Assembly (NCBI GenBank): GCA_047602425.1
Contig: JASGHG010000001.1
Location: 3,392,001-3,456,000, forward strand
Reading direction: 5' to 3'
Source of the DNA: Nibricoccus sp.
Lineage (GTDB): Bacteria; Verrucomicrobiota; Verrucomicrobiia; Opitutales; Opitutaceae
DNA: 64,000 bases
Positions 30,772 to 37,793 of the stretch are shown here, in pieces; positions within the stretch are counted from its first letter, which is position 1, and every line of letters begins with the position of its first letter. The position numbers were made by a program, and so were the translations under genes. The notes beneath the pieces were generated by a model that was given only the letters and a program-made list of their open reading frames with translations, was not told the DNA's origin and made no database searches.

Positions 30772-32826
30772 TTGTCCGATCACCCGCCCATACTCGCCAA
30801 AGACACCAACGCCTCCGTTGCGAAGGCGGAGCCCTGCGGCGTGTTGCTCGAACTGGTCAGCGAAAAATTTTACCGGGATAATCCGTTTCGGCAACTCGGC
30901 CTGGCGGTCCTGGCGAGCGCGCGTGAAGTGACGAAGCGGGTCGACGAATTGAAGCTGGCAGCGGAGTTTGGCATTGCGCAGCCCGACTGGTCCTTTGGTC
31001 CCGAGCAGGCGTTGACCGCCGAACAAATTCGCCTGGCCGCAACCGCACTCAAGGAGCCCACCGAGCGACTGGTTTGGGAATTATTTTGGTTTTGGCCGGA
31101 AAATTTCCCCGAGGACGAAGGTGAAGACCCGGCGTTGGCCCACCTCGCACGGGGAGAGACGGATCATGCGATCGAAATCTGGCAGGGTGCTGCGATGCAT
31201 GGGCAACTCGCCGCGTTGCACAACCTCGCGGTTTATTACCACGTGCAGGCGCTGGAGATGGAGCAACAAGAGTCGCCGCCGGAGGATCAACTGGTTAATC
31301 TTTGGTTCAAGTCGCTGCGTTTCTGGGAAAAAATTGGCGATGATGAAGGGTTGTGGGCGCGGATGCGCTCGCGCGTGAAACGCATGGCCGACGCCCGTGT
31401 GACCGACACCTTCGTCGCTCAGATGCGCACGACATTGGCCGGCGCACTAGCCAAGATATGCGCCTCGCTCGCGCTCACTCACGCGCAAAAAGGCTTGGTC
31501 AACCGTGCGTCTTTGCACGCTGCGCTGGTGACACATATCCATGGTGACAACGCCGGTGCCCGGCACGCGTTGGAAGAATATTGTTCGCCCATTGCGCGTC
31601 GGATCGACGCGCGGACCAATGAGGCGAAAAACCGGCTGGCGACGGCCGCCAGCAGTGCCGCGCTGGACGAGGCTTGGGCGCTGTTGCGTCAGTGCAACGA
31701 AGATCTGCGGCATATCGAACTGCTTTGCGGGCGCACGGCGGATTACTTTGTGGAGGTATCGAATGGTTTGGTGGGCACGGCGCTCGACGCTGTGGTGACC
31801 TATCAGCGCGAGACGCAGGATGATTTTCGCTGCCTGCCGGTGCTTGTGCACCTGCTCGACATGGAAGCGCTGCCCGAATTGAAAAATCGCGTGCAGGAGA
31901 CCTTTCAAACCGTCTACGGCAATGCCCTGATGCGCGAATCGCGTCCGCCGATGGAAACCTCGGATGAAATGGTTGAAGCGTTGGCCACCTCGGATGACCT
32001 GCGGGCTTTTCAATTGATCGTGGACCAATTGGTTCCCGCGGTCGAACAACTGGATCTGGGGCCGGCGGCGCGGCAAATGTACGCGGCTCGCGTGGCGCGT
32101 TTACTCAAGGACCTTGCGCTGGCGGCAGGCATGGAACGTGACGACATCGATCTGGCGCTGCGGGCCTTTGATGTCGCCTTGACGTTGCCGGTGGGCGACA
32201 GCTTGGGCGAAGCGCTGGCGAGTGACCGTGCGCAGCTCCAGCGCGATTTCGAGACGCGCAAAGAGAAGGAGTTGCAGGTTGAAGCCGAAGGTGTGCGGTT
32301 GATCGTGAATCGTTATGGCATTTGCTTAAACGACCAGTGGGTCACGCCCGTCGAGGTCGCGGGTCTGCGTCACGGCATGCTCGCACCGGGTGAGGAAGGT
32401 GGGGAGGGCACCTATGTCATCGCGTGGCGCTCTTACGCGGGACAAGAATTTGAGTTGAACGCCAGCAATTTGCTCCTGCCGTCCTCGTATGTGGAAGAAC
32501 ACTACATGCGGATCCTCGACTCGATTTATCATTTTATCGTGCCTGGATTGGTTAATCGTTTGTCAAACGACATCCGCGAAGGTCGGGAAGTTGTGCTCGG
32601 CGCGACACCCTTGCGTTTGGAAGGCATGTACTTGGCGGGAGGAGGCTCGCGTTTTTGGAAAAAAGACGAACCAGTTTCCTACACGAAGCTGCAAACAGAG
32701 ATTGAAGGCGGCCTTTTGATTGTATCCAGTAAGGAAAACCCCCGGCAGTCTGAAAGTCATGACGTCGCCCTTGTGTGGAACGCCGTGATTTTTAGCTACG
32801 TGCTGGAGGCCCTTACTCGAGAATAG
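30772..32826 (+). CDS. J-domain-like / TPR-like helical protein with a beta-rich C-terminal region
   Basis: N-terminus NPFRQLGL..ASAREV..K...QPD...AATALKEPTER resembles a J domain; TPR-like ALHNLAVYYH. Start uncertain (TTG 30772 or GTG 30841). Confidence 0.7.
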   Translation: MSDHPPILAKDTNASVAKAEPCGVLLELVSEKFYRDNPFRQLGLAVLASAREVTKRVDELKLAAEFGIAQPDWSFGPEQALTAEQIRLAATALKEPTERLVWELFWFWPENFPEDEGEDPALAHLARGETDHAIEIWQGAAMHGQLAALHNLAVYYHVQALEMEQQESPPEDQLVNLWFKSLRFWEKIGDDEGLWARMRSRVKRMADARVTDTFVAQMRTTLAGALAKICASLALTHAQKGLVNRASLHAALVTHIHGDNAGARHALEEYCSPIARRIDARTNEAKNRLATAASSAALDEAWALLRQCNEDLRHIELLCGRTADYFVEVSNGLVGTALDAVVTYQRETQDDFRCLPVLVHLLDMEALPELKNRVQETFQTVYGNALMRESRPPMETSDEMVEALATSDDLRAFQLIVDQLVPAVEQLDLGPAARQMYAARVARLLKDLALAAGMERDDIDLALRAFDVALTLPVGDSLGEALASDRAQLQRDFETRKEKELQVEAEGVRLIVNRYGICLNDQWVTPVEVAGLRHGMLAPGEEGGEGTYVIAWRSYAGQEFELNASNLLLPSSYVEEHYMRILDSIYHFIVPGLVNRLSNDIREGREVVLGATPLRLEGMYLAGGGSRFWKKDEPVSYTKLQTEIEGGLLIVSSKENPRQSESHDVALVWNAVIFSYVLEALTRE

Positions 32827-32828
32827 AC

Positions 32829-33491
32829 ATGCAACATTCCCTGCTGGCCCAGATCTTCGCCCGTGATCCGCGGAAGCTGGCGCGTTTTCCCGACGTGCCG
32901 CTCGATCAGGCTTTAGTGACGTTGCAACACTTGTTGTCCACGCTCGAGGAATTGAGTTCTCTGTCGGTCCCTCCGCCTCCTCCCGTGCTCGCCACGATGG
33001 GCAGCATGCCGCCGGTCGTGCCGGTCGAGGAAACTGCTCCGATTGAGGCACCGGCCCCAGCGCCGGCGCCCATCCCTGAGCCGGCCGCTGTGGCCGCTCC
33101 GGCGCCTGCCGTTTCGAGCGACGCATATCTGGATGAGTTCGGTGGCTCGATGGCGGCACTTGCGACGCAAGTCTGGCGCGCCCGCAACCGCATCATTGAT
33201 CCAGAAACCGGCGAGCCGCGCGAAGAAATGCGCCGCCTGCATCGGCATGTTGAAGGCGCGTTCGAAGCGCTGCGCGAAATGGGCCTTGTGATCAATGACT
33301 GGCTGAAGCAGCCCTACGATTCGGGCCTGCCTGTGAAGGTCCTCACTTTTCAACCCGCATCTGAAGTCCAGCGAGATACTGTGTTGGAAGCCACACGCCC
33401 GACCGTGATTTGGAAAGAACGCCTGCTACAAATGGGCGAAGTCATTGTCGGTATACCCCCAAGCCAAAGCACAGAAGCACCACCGCCATAA
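32829..33491 (+). CDS. GrpE-like nucleotide exchange factor (truncated, Pro-rich N-terminus)
   Basis: LREMGL...QPYDSG...TVLEATRPTVIWKERLLQMGEVIVG aligns by eye to the GrpE head domain. Confidence 0.7.
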   Translation: MQHSLLAQIFARDPRKLARFPDVPLDQALVTLQHLLSTLEELSSLSVPPPPPVLATMGSMPPVVPVEETAPIEAPAPAPAPIPEPAAVAAPAPAVSSDAYLDEFGGSMAALATQVWRARNRIIDPETGEPREEMRRLHRHVEGAFEALREMGLVINDWLKQPYDSGLPVKVLTFQPASEVQRDTVLEATRPTVIWKERLLQMGEVIVGIPPSQSTEAPPP

Positions 33492-36140
33492 ATGAGCCGA
33501 ACGACCATTGATTACGGAATTGATCTGGGAACGACCAATAGTGCCATTGCCGTCATTGCCGGCACCGGCACCGAGATCATCAAGAACAACGTCGACGCCG
33601 ACATCACGCCCTCCGCTGTCTACATAAACCGTTCGGGCAACCTCTGGGTTGGCCAGAATGCCAAGTCGAAGCTGGCCGACGAGCGCGCGGAGGACGACGT
33701 GTTTATCGAATTCAAGCGGCGCATGGGCACGGGCTTTGAGTATGCTTTTCGCGCCAGCGGCCGTCATATGAAGCCGGAGGAACTCTCGGCCGAGGTGCTC
33801 AAATCGCTTCGCAGTGACGTCACGCAAAAAAAAGGCGAACACATTTCCGCCGCCGTGCTCACCGTCCCCGCCGCCTTCGAACTTCACCAATGTGAAGCGA
33901 CCAAGCGCGCGGCCGAACTCGCGGGTTTTCGCCAGGCATGTCTCGTGCAGGAACCGGTCGCCGCTGCGCTCGCCTACGGTTACCAGAAGGTCGACGCCAA
34001 GGCCTATTGGCTGGTTTTCGACTTTGGTGGCGGCACATTCGACGCTGCGCTCATCCGCTCCGAGGAAGGCAGCATGGTCGTGGCCAATCACGGTGGCGAC
34101 AACTTCCTCGGCGGCTCCGACATCGACTGGGCCATTGTCGAACAAATTCTCCTTCCTAAAGTCCGCCAGGAATTCAACCTTCCTGATTTCAAGCGCGGCA
34201 ACGCCACGTTTAAACACGATTTCATGCGCCTGAAAGCCGCGGCCGAAACCGCGAAGATCGAGCTTTCGCGCAAGGAAGGCACTTTCCTCGAAGCCACGCT
34301 TCGCCGCGCCGGCAACGAAACCGTCACCTTCGAAACCGAGCTCTCGCGCAACGACGTCATCCGAGCCGCCGAACCTGCTGTCATGAAGGCGGTCAACATC
34401 GGCCTGCGCGTTCTCGCGGAGAAAGGCCTCTCGCCTTCCGCCGTTGAAAAACTGATCTTTGTCGGTGGCCCCACGCTCGCGCCTTACTTCCGTGACATGG
34501 TTAAGGAACGCATGCATATCCCGTGCGACCTGAGCATGGATCCGCTTACAGTCGTGGCACGCGGTGCGGCGATTTTTGCCAGCACGCAAAAAATTCTTGC
34601 CGCCAAGGACATCAAGCCGACCGCCCCGGCTTCTACCACCGCAACTGCTCCCACCGGCAAAACCGCGGCTCCTGTTCCGGGCGCTCCGGCGGGCCAAGTC
34701 CAACCCGGCCAGGCTGCTTCTGCGAACGCACCCGTCGGCGCGACTCCATCCTCCGCTTCCTCGGCGCCGATCCCAGTCGTGCCCGCGCCTTACTCCCTTG
34801 AGCTCATCTACAAGCCGGTCGGCTCCGACCCTGAGCCCATTGTCGGCGGCCGCACCACGGCTCCCGCCGGAGCGCCGCTCGCTGGCTGTACCATTGAGTT
34901 CGTCAACCAGGCCACCAAGTGGCGCAGCGGCAAGATCACGCTCAAGGAAAACGGCGCCTTCCAGTTCAATGCCCGCGCCGAGAAAGGCATCGAGAACATC
35001 TTCCTCATCGAGTATCGCGACCCGAAGGGTACGCTCTGTCCGACCGAGCCGAAACAATTCAAATACACCATGGGCGTGGTGGTCGAAGAACAACCGATCA
35101 TCAACAACCTCGGCGTCGCCATGGCCGACAACAAGGTCGGCGTTCACTTCACTAAAGGGCAGGGACTTCCCGCCAAACACACTCGCACGTACCGTACTTC
35201 GCTTGGACTGCGCCGGGGAGAAACCGGTACCGTCGTTCGCATTCCCATCGTTGAGGGCAACCGCGAGCTCGCCGACCGCAACGTTCTGATCGGCACTGTT
35301 GACATCACGCCCGACAAGATCGACCGCGATCTTCCCGCTGGCAGCGAGGTTGAAGTCAGCCTGCATATGGATACTTCGCGACTTCTCACCGTTGTCGCAT
35401 ACGTGCCACTGCTCGATGAAGAATTTCCGACCAAAATCGAACTCGGCGGCAAAGTTCGTCAGCCCGACCTCAACGTGCTTCGTCAGGAATGGAACCGCGA
35501 ACTTGCCCGCCTCGGCGACCTCAAGGCCGGCATCGAACAGGCCCGCGATGTCGAATCGATGGAGGTGCTCCATGCGCTCGAAGCTTCGCCGCTCGTGAAG
35601 AAACTGCTCGAGCGTTTTGCCTCCGAAGGTTCGGACTTCGATGCGTTGCTCCAGTCCGATCGCGATATCCTTGAGTTCAAGGTTACCCTCGATGCCATTG
35701 CCGCCCGTGTGGCCTGGCCGACCGCCGTCAAGGAAGCCGAAATCTGGCTCTCGGACCTCGACAAACTCGTGGCGAAGCAAGGCACTGCTGACGAAAAGAA
35801 ACGCGCCCGCCTGCTGCGCGAGCAGATCGAGTCCATCATCGCCGGGAAAAATCAAGATCGCCTTAAGAAAAAGATGGAGGAAATCTCCGACGTTTACTCA
35901 TCCATTCTCTATCGCCAGGACGCGTTCTGGGTCGATTACTTCGAAACCCTTTCAAAAGGATTGAACCAAATGCGCGATCCCGCCGCGGCCGAGAAAATCA
36001 TTGCCGAAGGCCGTGGCCACGCCGCCGCCTCCAATCTGCCGGATTTGAAGAATGTTGTTTATCAATTGCAGGATTTGCTCCCGAAGAAGGTCGTGGAGCA
36101 GGCCCGTCGCGGCTATGGCTCCGGGCTTCTGACTTCCTGA
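33492..36140 (+). CDS. Non-canonical Hsp70 family chaperone with an inserted domain
   Basis: GIDLGTTNS, TPSAV, TVPAAF, EPVAAALAYG, DFGGGTFD, GDNFLGG, AETAKIELS, VGG and VARGAA motifs; SBD-like C-terminal half. Confidence 0.95.
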   Translation: MSRTTIDYGIDLGTTNSAIAVIAGTGTEIIKNNVDADITPSAVYINRSGNLWVGQNAKSKLADERAEDDVFIEFKRRMGTGFEYAFRASGRHMKPEELSAEVLKSLRSDVTQKKGEHISAAVLTVPAAFELHQCEATKRAAELAGFRQACLVQEPVAAALAYGYQKVDAKAYWLVFDFGGGTFDAALIRSEEGSMVVANHGGDNFLGGSDIDWAIVEQILLPKVRQEFNLPDFKRGNATFKHDFMRLKAAAETAKIELSRKEGTFLEATLRRAGNETVTFETELSRNDVIRAAEPAVMKAVNIGLRVLAEKGLSPSAVEKLIFVGGPTLAPYFRDMVKERMHIPCDLSMDPLTVVARGAAIFASTQKILAAKDIKPTAPASTTATAPTGKTAAPVPGAPAGQVQPGQAASANAPVGATPSSASSAPIPVVPAPYSLELIYKPVGSDPEPIVGGRTTAPAGAPLAGCTIEFVNQATKWRSGKITLKENGAFQFNARAEKGIENIFLIEYRDPKGTLCPTEPKQFKYTMGVVVEEQPIINNLGVAMADNKVGVHFTKGQGLPAKHTRTYRTSLGLRRGETGTVVRIPIVEGNRELADRNVLIGTVDITPDKIDRDLPAGSEVEVSLHMDTSRLLTVVAYVPLLDEEFPTKIELGGKVRQPDLNVLRQEWNRELARLGDLKAGIEQARDVESMEVLHALEASPLVKKLLERFASEGSDFDALLQSDRDILEFKVTLDAIAARVAWPTAVKEAEIWLSDLDKLVAKQGTADEKKRARLLREQIESIIAGKNQDRLKKKMEEISDVYSSILYRQDAFWVDYFETLSKGLNQMRDPAAAEKIIAEGRGHAAASNLPDLKNVVYQLQDLLPKKVVEQARRGYGSGLLTS

Positions 36141-36144
36141 TTTT

Positions 36145-36660
36145 ATGGCCGCCCCCACCGGAGAATCGATCGCCACCTGCCTTCGCCTCGGCAAATCGCT
36201 TGGCCTGGCGCGGCAAGGTCGTCTGCGCGAAGCGCAGCAGTTGCTCGCGGCCGAAGGCACGCTGCCCGAAAGCTCGCTTGAATTGCATGCCCTCGCGTCG
36301 CTGGCTACCGGCGACGGCGATTATGCCCGCGCCCAGCGCCTCTGGCGCCTGCTCCTCCAGCGCGAACCCGGCCACGCCGAAGCCAAGCGCATGATCGACG
36401 CGATCGAACTCTGGATAACGCGTCCCTCGTGGATGAATTACCTGCCGATCTTTGGCATTCTGGCCAGCGTGGTACTTGTGCTCGGGACGGTTGCCTGGAT
36501 GATGACCGACACGGCGCAACCAGCCACCCCCGCCAAACAGCCCGCGCCACGGCCGGCGCAAGTGGCTCCGGCCTACACGCCATCGGCTCCGCCCCCGACG
36601 GTTAATTTTTCATCACCGCCGCGTAAAACCGAACAACCAGGCCGCAATCGGACTCGGTGA
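36145..36660 (+). CDS. TPR-containing single-pass membrane protein
   Basis: TPR-like GRLREAQQLL...GDYARAQRLWRLLLQREPGHAEA; TM segment LPIFGILASVVLVLGTVAWMM; Pro-rich tail. Confidence 0.75.
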   Translation: MAAPTGESIATCLRLGKSLGLARQGRLREAQQLLAAEGTLPESSLELHALASLATGDGDYARAQRLWRLLLQREPGHAEAKRMIDAIELWITRPSWMNYLPIFGILASVVLVLGTVAWMMTDTAQPATPAKQPAPRPAQVAPAYTPSAPPPTVNFSSPPRKTEQPGRNRTR

Positions 36661-36711
36661 GCGCCATCCCCTCTCAATTGCGTTTTTCGGGTTTTTTCGG
36701 ACATTTTTGGC

Positions 36712-37071
36712 ATGGAAGATCCCGCCAAGTTCCAAGCCGCTGCCTTTGAAAAGATGGCGCTTGGTTCGTCACAGCGGCATGTATTTCTCTGTGTCGGGCC
36801 TGATTGTTGCAGCACGGAGCAAGGGCTGGCCACCTGGGACGTATTGAAAAAGAAAATCGCCGAGGCAGGTGTGCCAGTGATGCGGACCAAGGCGGCCTGT
36901 TTGCGCATCTGCCGTGGCGGACCGTGGATGGTGGTTTATCCCGACGGTGTCTGGTACGGCGGCGTCACGCCCGAGCGTTGTGACCGCATTGTACGCGAAC
37001 ATTTGCAACAAGGCCGCGTCATCGACGAATGGGTGGCCGCCCGACGTCCGCTGCCCGATCAAATGAGCTAG
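36712..37071 (+). CDS. Thioredoxin-like [2Fe-2S] ferredoxin
   Basis: HVFLC...CC...CLRICRGGPWMVVYPDGVWY motif. Confidence 0.9.
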   Translation: MEDPAKFQAAAFEKMALGSSQRHVFLCVGPDCCSTEQGLATWDVLKKKIAEAGVPVMRTKAACLRICRGGPWMVVYPDGVWYGGVTPERCDRIVREHLQQGRVIDEWVAARRPLPDQMS

Positions 37072-37127
37072 AGGGCAATGCGTTTTGAAAAACGGGCGAT
37101 GGCGGTCGATCTCAACGTCGACCCGTT

Positions 37128-37538
37128 CTAGGAGAAGGTCGATCTGGTTTCCGAATTGGAGATGGCCGGTTGATCGGGTTTGGCAATGATCGACGCAAGC
37201 GTCGCGAGCAATTGCGACGCGGCAAAGGGCTTGGCGAGGAATGTTACGTCGTGAACGCCGCGATCCGCGCAACAATTGGCGACGCGGCGGCCGTAACCGG
37301 AAACGAGCAGGGCCGGAATGCCGGGGCGTTTGCTGCGCATAAATTCGATGATGTCGCAGCCGTCGGAATTGCGCAGTTTGAAGTCGGTGACGACCGCGGT
37401 GAAATCGAAATCCTTCAGTAAAATGGTTTCGGTGAGGTCGTGGGTCAGCACCACGTCGTAGCCACCAACTTGGAGCATTTCCTTAACAACAGGACCGACC
37501 AGCACGTCGTCTTCGACGAGCAAAATTCTGGTTTTCAT
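37128..37538 (-). CDS. Stand-alone response regulator receiver protein
   Basis: ILLVEDD, VVTD, SGY and FLAKPF: all catalytic REC residues present. Confidence 0.9.
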   Translation of the reverse strand: MKTRILLVEDDVLVGPVVKEMLQVGGYDVVLTHDLTETILLKDFDFTAVVTDFKLRNSDGCDIIEFMRSKRPGIPALLVSGYGRRVANCCADRGVHDVTFLAKPFAASQLLATLASIIAKPDQPAISNSETRSTFS

Positions 37539-37793
37539 GACGGATTTCGACGGACGGCATCGGCTGGTTGGACAGCCGCTAAGTTAGAGAAGGTGGATGG
37601 TTCGTTAGCGGGGTATTGGCTGGATGGAAAAGAGTGAGCGCGGAGGCTCACGCTGCGAAATGGAGCTGGGACGGAACCAAGCAATACGTTTTTCCGCTGA
37701 TTAGCAATCACATACGCATTTCCCTAGATCCGCCTATTGAAGCTATTTTGCGATTTGCCGGCTAGAACGTGGTTTTGCCGGCTGAAAAGCGGG

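Noticed and set aside
33426..35855. 809-aa ORF antisense to the Hsp70 gene
   Set aside because: Long antisense ORFs opposite Hsp70 and other codon-biased high-GC genes are a known artefact; no recognisable motifs.
30772..36140. Annotation as the housekeeping dnaJ-grpE-dnaK operon
   Set aside because: No HPD, G/F region or Zn finger in the J-like protein; no DLLLLDV-type linker in the Hsp70; no hrcA gene or CIRCE element seen. Gene symbols withheld.
37698..37710. TGATT-AGC-AATCA palindrome upstream of the REC gene
   Set aside because: Single short instance with no second copy noticed in the window; cannot be distinguished from chance.
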